Part shown: positions 55,218 to 64,000 of the stretch, piece after piece
How the letters are laid out: every line of letters starts with the position of its first letter
Numbering within the stretch: the stretch's first letter is position 1
IMG/VR virus record: IMGVR_UViG_3300035670_000112
Coordinates: 23,418 to 87,417 of that record
Reading direction: 5' to 3' (one strand)
DNA: 64,000 nucleotides
From: a virus
Translations under genes and position numbers: made by a program
The notes under the pieces: generated by a model
Told to the model about the DNA's origin: nothing
The model's database searches: none
What the model saw: the letters and a program-made list of their open reading frames with translations, nothing else

Positions 55218-56603
55218 TCAGATGGCAAGGTCACCATCAACCTGAGCAGCTACTGGAATGATATCCTCCAGGACATCAGTGATGTCATCGGCAGATGCTC
55301 CAGCATACCCAGGGGTAGTTGCAGGCACTGCAATGATCAGCTCTTTAGGAGATACTTCACCTTGGAAGTTGAATACAGTGTTCGAGAAGATCAAAGAGAT
55401 TTGATTGTACCCTGAACCCGTAACTGCAGGATCTGCAAGAAGATCCTGATCTGAATTGAACAGGAACGGTTCTCCCATCTCATACTGCTCTGCACGGAAC
55501 CCGTTAAGGAATTTCTCCAATTGGGCAACCTGTTGATATGTACCATTACCTTCAGATGCACTTGTGATGGTAGTGACAGCGGTTGAACCGAAGTTCTCGT
55601 TCAATGTCACATCGAAACGCACCTTTGCGTAACGCTTCTTCTTCACATCGAAAGGAAGTGCAGTACCTGAAGAGATGATACCCCAGTTTGCAGCCTCACC
55701 TACAGATGCAGGGATGACAGTGATATTACCAGAGTTGTCAACGTATGTACCTGATGCAGCCCAAACCTCACGGTCAAGTGTGATCACAGTACCTACGATA
55801 CTGACCACCTTGTAAACATCTGAAAGAAGGGCTACCGTACCTACAGCACCAGCAGCGGTTCCTATACGTAGGAAGTCACCTACTGCAAGCAACGTACCTG
55901 TGTTATAGGTAGGACCAGTATTCTCAGCAAGAATCTGTTTTGCCCCTTTGGTGACTGTCATATTGAAGTTGGAGTTATCAAAAACAAAGTCATTTGCCAA
56001 TGGTGTATTCACCACTGCTTTGAACTCCACAGGCTTCTGTCCGTTGGCATTGCTCACCTCACGGCTGAAATTCTGCACGAGTGACTTTACAAGTCCCAAT
56101 GCGATGTCTGCCTGACTGTCAGTAAGTTGAGACTGGTAGTAACCTGCCTTGATCTTCTCACTGTCGGTACCTGAAAGGAACTGATGTACAAGTACACCTA
56201 CCTTGTAAAGTCCGCCTGCGTATGTGGCAACATCAGCGATAAGACCGCTTGTACCATTGTAACCGATAGCTGTAGACTGTTCGGTTGCTGCCGCATATGC
56301 CTTCTTCTTTGCAACGGTGACGGTAGATCCTTTGATCACGTCCGATACAAGAGGGGCCTCATTTGCTCCCCGACTTACTGCAAGTACGAAATCCATGCCT
56401 GGAGTGGCTACCAAAGATACTCCTAGTACAGCAGAGGGAGATGCAGTTTCAAGGATACGTAGTCCCTGAGGGGTGAAGATTCCCACCTCACCAGCGTTTG
56501 CCAGAAATGTGGCATTCTTGATTGTGGTGGTGGTGATAGCAGACGAAGGGGTTCCACCCACAAGGATCTGCTTTGAATTGTTAATTGCACTTGGTGCGCT
56601 CAT
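55218..56603 (-). CDS. virion structural protein (auxiliary capsid-like)
   Basis: 461 aa, Ala/Gly/Thr-rich; EGNGTYQQVAQLE motif; conserved crAss capsid-module position. Confidence 0.6.
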   Translation of the reverse strand: MSAPSAINNSKQILVGGTPSSAITTTTIKNATFLANAGEVGIFTPQGLRILETASPSAVLGVSLVATPGMDFVLAVSRGANEAPLVSDVIKGSTVTVAKKKAYAAATEQSTAIGYNGTSGLIADVATYAGGLYKVGVLVHQFLSGTDSEKIKAGYYQSQLTDSQADIALGLVKSLVQNFSREVSNANGQKPVEFKAVVNTPLANDFVFDNSNFNMTVTKGAKQILAENTGPTYNTGTLLAVGDFLRIGTAAGAVGTVALLSDVYKVVSIVGTVITLDREVWAASGTYVDNSGNITVIPASVGEAANWGIISSGTALPFDVKKKRYAKVRFDVTLNENFGSTAVTTITSASEGNGTYQQVAQLEKFLNGFRAEQYEMGEPFLFNSDQDLLADPAVTGSGYNQISLIFSNTVFNFQGEVSPKELIIAVPATTPGYAGASADDITDVLEDIIPVAAQVDGDLAI

Positions 56604-56654
56604 TTCAATTGAGTTTTAAGTTAAGAATTGATCTATTGTCCGACCTTTTAAAGG

Positions 56655-57005
56655 TTAGGATGGGGTAATATCGGACGCTCCGTCTGAAGCTGCCCATACA
56701 CTTGTGGCAGAGGTACCGAGTGCACTGTAGATGAGACCATCGTCACCTACCACTATCTTGCCTATCACTTTCCCTGCGGTGTTGACAGCATCTGCGGCAT
56801 CCCCAAGGTCTGCAACAGGCACTACTGTAAGGTTCACACCTCCAGTGACATCACCTACAAGATCAGCGGTGAGTACGCCTTCAGAGGTGAAGAGTGAGTT
56901 CAGTTTGCTGACCAGTGCATTGAACTGCTTGGAGTATACCTTCAATCTGCCCTCCTCCAATGCAGGAAGATGGTTAGAGTTGGTCACTTTTGCAAATACG
57001 CTCAT
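56655..57005 (-). CDS. small structural protein
   Basis: 116 aa; VNTAGK motif; capsid module. Confidence 0.55.
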   Translation of the reverse strand: MSVFAKVTNSNHLPALEEGRLKVYSKQFNALVSKLNSLFTSEGVLTADLVGDVTGGVNLTVVPVADLGDAADAVNTAGKVIGKIVVGDDGLIYSALGTSATSVWAASDGASDITPS

Positions 57006-57730
57006 TATTCAATGATTTTTGAATTTTCAATTATCTTGGTCTGCAAAGATGCCTTTTCGGTAGTCTGCATTCCCAATTCGACAGCCATGTCAGCTATCCT
57101 TTCGTGATGTATGGGATCGAACTCACAGTAATCGGTATTGTCAGTAAGATCCACATCCTTTGCTCTCCTATAGTATGATATCCTGTAGTTGACCAGTTGG
57201 GCACCTTGGAACAATACTATCTCATGTCTTTTCCTATTACTGACGCTGAGAGGTGCCGTAGTGTTGCCTCTCTCTCTGTCAATTCTCCATACAAGTTCCT
57301 CGTAAGGACGCTTGTATGGATTCTTGACATTGACGTTATAATAGTCTTCCTTCACAGGTTTCACCTGAATACGTGCAGTCACCTGATTGTTGCAACTGTC
57401 CGTATAGGTGACATCACATTCCTCCTTGAGTGCCACCCAGAAAAGATCTGGAAGGTTGACAAAGAAGGAGTTCGGATGGTCACCAGAAGAAAAGGGAGCT
57501 GTGATGACCGCATGATCCTTCAACTCTGACAGATCCTTGGAACGCTTCTCGGTCTCCTCTGCACCTTTACGTGATATGTTGCCATATTCGTTGTACAGCG
57601 ATTTCTCAAAGATCTTCTGAGCACTGTTGAACAGTGTGGAATAATCCTGATCATCGTAACCTGGAGCGTCCTGAGATGCGAATGCATCGTATCGGAGCTT
57701 CATATATGAAAGAATCTCTGCGTTCGTCAT
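57005..57730 (-). CDS. head-tail ring protein
   Basis: APGY...LFNSAQ...EETEKR..DL...NPYKRP...YYRR...HERIADMAV pattern. Confidence 0.7.
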   Translation of the reverse strand: MTNAEILSYMKLRYDAFASQDAPGYDDQDYSTLFNSAQKIFEKSLYNEYGNISRKGAEETEKRSKDLSELKDHAVITAPFSSGDHPNSFFVNLPDLFWVALKEECDVTYTDSCNNQVTARIQVKPVKEDYYNVNVKNPYKRPYEELVWRIDRERGNTTAPLSVSNRKRHEIVLFQGAQLVNYRISYYRRAKDVDLTDNTDYCEFDPIHHERIADMAVELGMQTTEKASLQTKIIENSKIIE

Positions 57731-58629
57731 TACTTCCCTTCAGATCTTGCGACCATCGCCTCAATGAGGATCCTGTGGTCACTGTTCTGCTTGTTGTTCA
57801 GGAATGCTATCGTAGCTGAAAGGTCTACACCCATAAGGTCACCACCTATCGTACGGTATGCTGTTCCGTCCTTCTGTATCGCATTGTACGTCAGTCCCTT
57901 GGTTATCAACAGACGTGTCTGCAGATTCGGGTCTCTGACCACTTTGAGGAATTTCCCTGGATCGACAGAGATGAAGTCTCCCACCTGTCCCTGCAACCAT
58001 GTGAGTGAAGCACTCAAAGGTACACGTTGACTCTTGAGTAGGAACAGTACATCTGAAAGTGTCTGTCTGTCCTCACGGAACTTGGAATACTCCACATAGG
58101 CATCTGTCATCAGATTTGCCGTGTTCGATCTCTTGTTGTCCTCATAGTCAAGCTCAACGATGGCATACTTGTAGGATGCCTTGTTGTTGATGCTCTCAGC
58201 ATCTGGAGCGATCGAATCCTTGTTCAACAGCAGAACCTTGTATGTGATGTAGTCCATGGGATCCGAAAGGTCCAATGTACGTTCATCCTTGGAAAGTCTG
58301 ATCGGTTTGAATATCGATCTCCAGAAATTGTTGTCCTTCTTGTGCACGGAAAGATCCCCTGCATTGACAGACAGTCCAGGATGTGACTCAAGGAACTCTA
58401 CCTCCTCCACACTCAACGGATTGATGTATACACCTGTCAATGATGATTTGGGTACCGTGTACGTGTTCACCGAATGTTTATAAAGGAATTCGGCCTCATG
58501 TCCTTTCGGCAGCCATCCCTTCTTCATTACAGGGATGACCTTCACCTTCTTACGTGGAAGCGAGAAGGAAGGAGTTGCTGTTGCAACCCCTTCTTCCGCC
58601 TCTACACTGCTTTTACTCTTACCTGCCAT
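57730..58629 (-). CDS. conserved crAss-like capsid-module protein
   Basis: NFW...LDLSDPMDYITYKVL..N...IAP motif; immediately downstream of MCP. Confidence 0.7.
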   Translation of the reverse strand: MAGKSKSSVEAEEGVATATPSFSLPRKKVKVIPVMKKGWLPKGHEAEFLYKHSVNTYTVPKSSLTGVYINPLSVEEVEFLESHPGLSVNAGDLSVHKKDNNFWRSIFKPIRLSKDERTLDLSDPMDYITYKVLLLNKDSIAPDAESINNKASYKYAIVELDYEDNKRSNTANLMTDAYVEYSKFREDRQTLSDVLFLLKSQRVPLSASLTWLQGQVGDFISVDPGKFLKVVRDPNLQTRLLITKGLTYNAIQKDGTAYRTIGGDLMGVDLSATIAFLNNKQNSDHRILIEAMVARSEGK

Positions 58630-58657
58630 TTTCTCTCTTCTCTAAAGTAGGTCATTA

Positions 58658-60166
58658 TCAATACAGGATGTTCGGGATGATAGACTTCGTACGGCTCGGG
58701 TCGTACACTGCCACACCTACCTGACATCCACGGTGAACGGTATATCCATCGGTAGCATGGGCCATTACGCTCATCTTACCTGTAGGAGAGTACGGATCAC
58801 GGAATCCTGGCTCATAACCCCAGATGTTGTCAGAACCCTTCACATAGAACTTCTGGATGTTCGGCTCACCGTTGGTGGTACCGATGTCCATGATGTCATA
58901 GCGGTAGGATTCAGCAACACCACCGTTCGGGTGAAGGATCTTGTTACGCTCGCGGTCATCATACATGCTGTCCACAGAGATGGAGAAACGGATACCGTTA
59001 GGTCCCATGTAATCAAGGAACTGACCTCCGTAACCGTAGGCCATCGATACACCTGACATGCCTCCGTTGTTGCTCGTCTTGAACATACGGTCAGTATTGA
59101 ACAGAGGTTGGAACAACTGTGCATGGTTCTCAAGTGCAAGGTGGAACTGAGTCGCACCACGCTCACCTGTACGTGCAACGAAGTGACGCTGGTCGGTAGG
59201 CAGTTTTCCTTCGGAAAGATCTGTAAGGACGTTCAACAACCACTCGATCGAGAAGTCACTGTAGTACTCGGTACCAGAACTCTCCATCTGCTGACGGATA
59301 CCTGCACCCTGCTTCTTCACGTGACCTGACTTACCGATGTTGTAGTACTGACCATTGACACCACGGTTTGAACGTGCGAACATCAACAGACGGTTCTTTT
59401 CCAGACGGTACTGCTGATCGAAGACATAGTCCTCGTACTGCATCCATGTAAGGAATGTCTCCAGTTTACCGTTCTTCTGATCCTTGATCTTGAATCCAGT
59501 TGCGAACGGACGGTTCACCATGTTACCAGGAAGAGTATGCTGCATACGGATCATTGAGAACGTGTTACGCATACCGAAAGGTGACTCGAAGTTGATACCT
59601 CCGCCCTTCTTGGACAGTGTGTCCTCCACAAGTGACCAATCGCGTGACCAACGTGTACCAGGGGCAAGTTCCTCAACAGGTACGAAAAGATCGAGGTCAC
59701 CTGTGATCAGCTTCACTGGGTACAACCAGTTGCTGCCATCAGGGATCGGATCGGCCTGTATCTGCAAAGGATAGAGTTCATTCTTATGACCCACGATGAT
59801 GTGCTCATCCGTGAACCATTTCTCTGGGAATACCAGATAGAACTCGGTAACGACCTTACCAGGCTCGTCACCTACTGCCACCGCATTGCCACCAGGGGTC
59901 AGACGGGCCTCGATCAGAGGAACGTTCTTCTTACCGCTACCGATAAGTTCCCAAGTGAAGTCATCATCGGTCTCAAGGTATTTCACCTTGTACTGTGAGA
60001 GCTGTGAATCGAGGTCCACTCCGAAATTGGTCGTGTGGATCCTACGCATGATCTCGGTCGCCTTCTGAGGACGGCCCTGATAGATGCTGTGCAGGTGATT
60101 GGCAGATGTCAATCCTGACCAATGCTGTGCATCATACATCTGAAATTCTGAAAATTGAAGTGCCAT
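58658..60166 (-). CDS. major capsid protein
   Basis: 502 aa; GLTSANHL, FTWEL, GAGIRQQ, TGERG, HPNGGVAESYR features of crAss-like MCP; position after scaffold and portal. Confidence 0.88.
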   Translation of the reverse strand: MALQFSEFQMYDAQHWSGLTSANHLHSIYQGRPQKATEIMRRIHTTNFGVDLDSQLSQYKVKYLETDDDFTWELIGSGKKNVPLIEARLTPGGNAVAVGDEPGKVVTEFYLVFPEKWFTDEHIIVGHKNELYPLQIQADPIPDGSNWLYPVKLITGDLDLFVPVEELAPGTRWSRDWSLVEDTLSKKGGGINFESPFGMRNTFSMIRMQHTLPGNMVNRPFATGFKIKDQKNGKLETFLTWMQYEDYVFDQQYRLEKNRLLMFARSNRGVNGQYYNIGKSGHVKKQGAGIRQQMESSGTEYYSDFSIEWLLNVLTDLSEGKLPTDQRHFVARTGERGATQFHLALENHAQLFQPLFNTDRMFKTSNNGGMSGVSMAYGYGGQFLDYMGPNGIRFSISVDSMYDDRERNKILHPNGGVAESYRYDIMDIGTTNGEPNIQKFYVKGSDNIWGYEPGFRDPYSPTGKMSVMAHATDGYTVHRGCQVGVAVYDPSRTKSIIPNILY

Positions 60167-60190
60167 TTAAATTGGTTTGAATTTCAATTA

Positions 60191-61369
60191 TTAGATATCA
60201 ACACCGTCAAGAAGATTGAACATCCTGTTCTTCATCTCCCTTTCAGTGATACTTTCGAGAGAGGCTCCCCTCCCTCCATCATAAACCCCTTCGTTGGAAA
60301 GGTTCTTTTCAAGTTCCTGTATCGCGCTGCTCATGTTGCGTTTCGCAAGGAACGACATGTCAGGCTTCTCATCGAACAGTCCCATCTTTATGAAATAATG
60401 CAGACGTGTGTCGAATTTGAACGGATCCTCGGACCTCTTGTCGGAGACCACTGTACGCAGTCTTCCATCCTGTGTCCTACCTGTAGGACTGGTCATAGCC
60501 TCCGCCATCCATTTGGAAACCTCCTGAGACACTGGCAGACCAGGTATGACCTCCTTCATCCCTGCAACATTGGTGAAAAGCTGCTGACGGGTGTCCTCCT
60601 GACGCTTCTGCTCACTCTTAGCCTGCTGGATCTCCTCCTGTCTGCGGACCTCTGCGATCCTCTTCAGACTCTGAAGTGCAAGACGGGCATCTGCAACGTC
60701 ATCACCAGCCTTGAACGACTGTGCCGTACGTCTCTCAGCATCACGCTGATCGAAACCACGTGCAATGAGATCATTGTATATCAGACTCTTCCTCACGGCA
60801 AGTTTCTCCTCGGACGATTCATCAGTATCAAGATCGTTCTCAACGAACCTGTCCTCTGTGAACTCAGCGAGTTTGATCCCAGTGTTGTGATGCTTTATCA
60901 CGTTCTCAACTGGAACCCCTGCACGTATCGCCTCAAGTGCCTGCTTTGCCCTCTCATCGAGTCCTGAGAACTCGTTGTGAGAGATGGTCTTCTTGATGAG
61001 ATCCGCGAGTTTGGGAACATCGACATCCTTGATGTCCTGTTCATCCACTCCAGAGAGTACACCGTCCTTATAAAGTGCCGAGGCGAGTCTCGTTAAGAGA
61101 GGAGAAGAGGGAGCACTCTCTGGGGACGGCTTATCATTGACCTCGAACACAGGTGCCTCCTCCCTCTTCGTTTCTTCCACGGCAGGCAACTTCGGAGCGG
61201 CAAGCTCCACTTCAAAGGTCTCTTTGACAACTTCATCTCCCTTCACATCTGCAGCAATGGGGGCAGCGTTGTCCGTACTGGTCATATCATCAAGTGTGAA
61301 TACACCATCATTCTCAATACCATCGATATTGAAATCGAATATGTCAACTGTTGACAGATTATCTTCCAT
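60191..61369 (-). CDS. putative scaffold protein
   Basis: Acidic, helical 392 aa between portal and MCP. Confidence 0.65.
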   Translation of the reverse strand: MEDNLSTVDIFDFNIDGIENDGVFTLDDMTSTDNAAPIAADVKGDEVVKETFEVELAAPKLPAVEETKREEAPVFEVNDKPSPESAPSSPLLTRLASALYKDGVLSGVDEQDIKDVDVPKLADLIKKTISHNEFSGLDERAKQALEAIRAGVPVENVIKHHNTGIKLAEFTEDRFVENDLDTDESSEEKLAVRKSLIYNDLIARGFDQRDAERRTAQSFKAGDDVADARLALQSLKRIAEVRRQEEIQQAKSEQKRQEDTRQQLFTNVAGMKEVIPGLPVSQEVSKWMAEAMTSPTGRTQDGRLRTVVSDKRSEDPFKFDTRLHYFIKMGLFDEKPDMSFLAKRNMSSAIQELEKNLSNEGVYDGGRGASLESITEREMKNRMFNLLDGVDI

Positions 61370-61379
61370 TTCTAATTTA

Positions 61380-61410
61380 CAAAATTAATTCAATTAACAC
61401 CGTATGTCAA
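61380..61410 (-). promoter_or_regulatory. Bacteroidota-type promoter for scaffold/MCP
   Basis: On the minus strand: cTTGACA-N17-TAATTTTGtaaat, same architecture as the site at 39746-39776. Confidence 0.75.
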
Positions 61411-61433
61411 GTCCCTCTTCTCCTTTTAAGGGA

Positions 61434-63806
61434 TCACTTTATAGACTTTTTGGCCTCTTTCCTGTCTTCTATGGCCTCTTTTGTACGTCTATCGAGTTCC
61501 CCCTCCTTTGCCTCATGCTTCAATTGCATATCGAGTTTCCTGACCTCATTCTGTTCGCTCAGAACATTGTCGGCACTTGGAGTGCCCTTGAGACGGAGTT
61601 CAAACTCCATCTTCGCCTTCTCAAGATCGATCTTCCCATCGGTCCTTATCTTCTCCAACTGGAGTGCCAGTTCAGCCTTGAACTGTTCTGCCTGCTGTGC
61701 GGCCTCATTCCTCATCTGCTGTATCTGCTGAACGGACTCCTGCTGTGACTGTGCATCCTGTTTCAACTGATCGAGCTTCTGACGTTCCGCATTCTCTATC
61801 TTACGTCTCACTGAACTGATGCTCGGATCACTGAGTATGTCCATTATCTGAGAGAAGTTCACCTTATCGTTCTGAAGACCTGCTTGAGCAAGCTGGATCA
61901 TCGTCTGATACAACTGCTGATACTCCATGTTCGTGTTGATCGTCAGACCGAAGTCTATCTCCCTGAAACTGTCACCGTCTGTCTCGGACATGACCTGTGA
62001 CATGTCATCAGAGACGTACTGCACATGCAGCTTCCTTCCCCTGTATGCATGTTTCGCAACCTCAAGGGTAGCTTTCAATGTGGCCAGTTTTATCCTGTCA
62101 TGGAAATGAAAGTACATCTCCGTCACGTGTGACGACTGCATTACCGCACGTTGCGTATTCCCTACAAGCTCACTGCTCGATATGGATCCCTCACGCTGTC
62201 TTGTGACACCTGAGATGTTGGCTATCTCCTCCTTGAGGAAGTTCAATATGTAAAGGTTCTGTTGCATGTATGAGCCCAGATCGAAGTTCATAGGGGATCT
62301 GTTGGTGTTCATGTTCCCTGCTATGCTACCTGTTGAGGACCCCTTCCTGCTCTCCTTGAAACTGTCTATCGGCAACCATCCCATCCTATCTGCAAAATAG
62401 AGTGCATCCTCCATCTCCATACCTTCAGGTATCATTGCAAGATCGAGATAGCCTATCACTCCCTTGTGCTTGCTGATGGTCTCCCACAGCTTGTACATCA
62501 TGAAATCATAATAGTATGAGTACGGTTTGAGTCTGCCCATCAGAGAGGTGGTAGGCTCTCCCTCCATCGTATAGTCACCTCCCACATATGGACACATCGT
62601 ACCCGTAGGGTTGGTCATACTGTATGCCTTTACAGGCCAGGGTCTCATCTTCACATATATGTTACGTGCGATACGTGTACCTTCCCACCAGTCGGTCACC
62701 CAGATGTACTTCTCTATCTCCTCACCCCTTTTGACATTGGGAACATAGAACTCGTCAACGAACCTGTAAAGCTGTTCACCCGTATTCCTGTCATAGTACT
62801 TCAGCTTACCTATCTTACGGTACGATCTCCATACCACCCTTGTGACAAGTACGGAACCGTCCTCCTTTATGGGTGACAGCATGTTCTCCGCAGGATATGC
62901 ATATGATGGCACCATGTTGCCATTGGCATCCTGCACCATACTGAAACTCCCTGCAAGCAGATCAGGCTGCTTCTCAACAGCTACCGCCTCATCGTTGGAA
63001 CTGTTCAGCGAGATCGTCATCCGTTCGATCTCCGTGACCTCCTCAGGTCTGAGATATTCATGGAACATGTCTATAACCGACCCCCTTGAATGGTACCCCC
63101 ACTCAACGATGATGTCGGCATCCTGTACATCTGCAGAATATCCCTTGCGTATCACCCTGACATTCGCAGGGTTGCATTTGCGTACCCTCGGATCCCCTCC
63201 GACTATATCGAACGAGTATATCTCCCTTCCAGCCACAAGACCGTCAAGGAACCCCATGTTCCACTTGTATTTCAGATTCTCCTTCTCGATCATGTGATTC
63301 AGGAGATGTGTTCCCCTACGCTCCCTTGCATCCTGATAGTCGAATGCAAGATAGTTCTTCAGATCATCCAGTTTCCTCTGCATCATCTCAGGTGGAAGAT
63401 CGGAGGATATCGCCTTTGTCAGTTCCTGACGTATGATGTCCATGATCTCCTTCTCCTTCTCTGTCACCGCATCGGGATTGATCACCTTCAACTTCCAATC
63501 GAACCTTCTCTTGGTCTCCTCACCCATCAGAAGGTTTATCTTCGTATTGGCTATCGGATAATGCTGAGGTTTGAAGGGGAAGTCATCGTTATTGATACCG
63601 AACGGATCGCACATGTCGAGCATGTCATCCACATCGAGTATGTTGTTGTAAAGGTCCATGTTGGTCCTCACCTCACGGTATTCCGTGTAGAAACTGTCTG
63701 AATACAGTCCCATATCAGTTGCGAGTCTTACGCACTCACGTGCCCATTTCTCATTCTTCTCCTTCTCACTCTTCTTCTGTGAGGGAAAACTCTCATTGCT
63801 TACCAT
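61434..63806 (-). CDS. portal protein
   Basis: 790 aa; FPSQK, HYPIANTKINLLMGEE, WWEGTRI, SGVTRQREG motifs of crAss-like portals. Confidence 0.88.
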   Translation of the reverse strand: MVSNESFPSQKKSEKEKNEKWARECVRLATDMGLYSDSFYTEYREVRTNMDLYNNILDVDDMLDMCDPFGINNDDFPFKPQHYPIANTKINLLMGEETKRRFDWKLKVINPDAVTEKEKEIMDIIRQELTKAISSDLPPEMMQRKLDDLKNYLAFDYQDARERRGTHLLNHMIEKENLKYKWNMGFLDGLVAGREIYSFDIVGGDPRVRKCNPANVRVIRKGYSADVQDADIIVEWGYHSRGSVIDMFHEYLRPEEVTEIERMTISLNSSNDEAVAVEKQPDLLAGSFSMVQDANGNMVPSYAYPAENMLSPIKEDGSVLVTRVVWRSYRKIGKLKYYDRNTGEQLYRFVDEFYVPNVKRGEEIEKYIWVTDWWEGTRIARNIYVKMRPWPVKAYSMTNPTGTMCPYVGGDYTMEGEPTTSLMGRLKPYSYYYDFMMYKLWETISKHKGVIGYLDLAMIPEGMEMEDALYFADRMGWLPIDSFKESRKGSSTGSIAGNMNTNRSPMNFDLGSYMQQNLYILNFLKEEIANISGVTRQREGSISSSELVGNTQRAVMQSSHVTEMYFHFHDRIKLATLKATLEVAKHAYRGRKLHVQYVSDDMSQVMSETDGDSFREIDFGLTINTNMEYQQLYQTMIQLAQAGLQNDKVNFSQIMDILSDPSISSVRRKIENAERQKLDQLKQDAQSQQESVQQIQQMRNEAAQQAEQFKAELALQLEKIRTDGKIDLEKAKMEFELRLKGTPSADNVLSEQNEVRKLDMQLKHEAKEGELDRRTKEAIEDRKEAKKSIK

Positions 63807-64000
63807 CTTTTCCTATAAGTACGTTTAAAAACAGCTTCCTCCTTCTCCTTGGGTACGAATCTTGATGACATGCTCGGTCTTGCCTTGAGGAAGAACGGAT
63901 CTATGGGACGTTTGAAACTGTCCGTGACCTCATAGAGGTCATCCTCCACTCCGTACTTCTCAAGGTCTGCCCTGTATATCAGTACCATCCCTAACGCTGA
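63800..64000 (-). CDS. terL: terminase large subunit, C-terminal end (partial, runs off the window)
   Basis: ...SALGMVLIY resembles the end of the TerL nuclease domain; directly upstream of portal. Confidence 0.6.
   Translation of the reverse strand, partial: SALGMVLIYRADLEKYGVEDDLYEVTDSFKRPIDPFFLKARPSMSSRFVPKEKEEAVFKRTYRKRW

Noticed and set aside
60155-60967. 270-aa plus-strand ORF, and similar ones such as 63090-63701 and 23067-23567
   Set aside because: Antisense shadows of scaffold, portal and RNAP genes, with no motifs or expression signals
1-64000. Stop-codon reassignment (TAG or TGA), known in some Crassvirales
   Set aside because: Very long genes are intact in the standard code, and TAA, TAG and TGA all end genes at sensible coupled junctions; no suppressor tRNA was seen

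Overview
About 64 kb of a crAss-like (Crassvirales-type) phage genome, most likely infecting a Bacteroidota host (TTG-N20-TAnnTTTG promoters). It reads cleanly in the standard genetic code. Two convergent gene blocks meet at a bidirectional terminator near 14.9 kb. The + strand block (1-14.87 kb) covers DNA and nucleotide metabolism: resolvase, PD-(D/E)XK exonuclease, UDG, a MazG-like hydrolase, a class II ribonucleotide reductase split by a 366-nt group I intron, dNMP kinase and many small accessory ORFs. The - strand block (64-14.9 kb) is the virion module: TerL C-terminus, portal, scaffold, major capsid, ring/tail proteins, fibres, holin/GH19 endolysin/spanin-like genes, IHF-like protein, muzzle/stabilisation protein, then large injected cargo proteins including a DFDID-motif virion RNA polymerase. 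The main candidate for a novel system is a compact phage-encoded ubiquitin-like conjugation cluster at 691-4195 (Ubl precursor with an internal KAG|, E2-like, JAB/MPN+ protease, ThiF/E1), with all predicted catalytic motifs intact. Other notable observations are an integron-style gene cassette bounded by two attC-like sites, an AT-rich NADAR plus ADP-ribosyltransferase module inserted into a virion cargo protein, a ferritin inside the virion-RNAP cluster and three different peptidoglycan-hydrolase-like domains on consecutive cargo proteins. All protein calls come from reading motifs by eye; no database searches were run.
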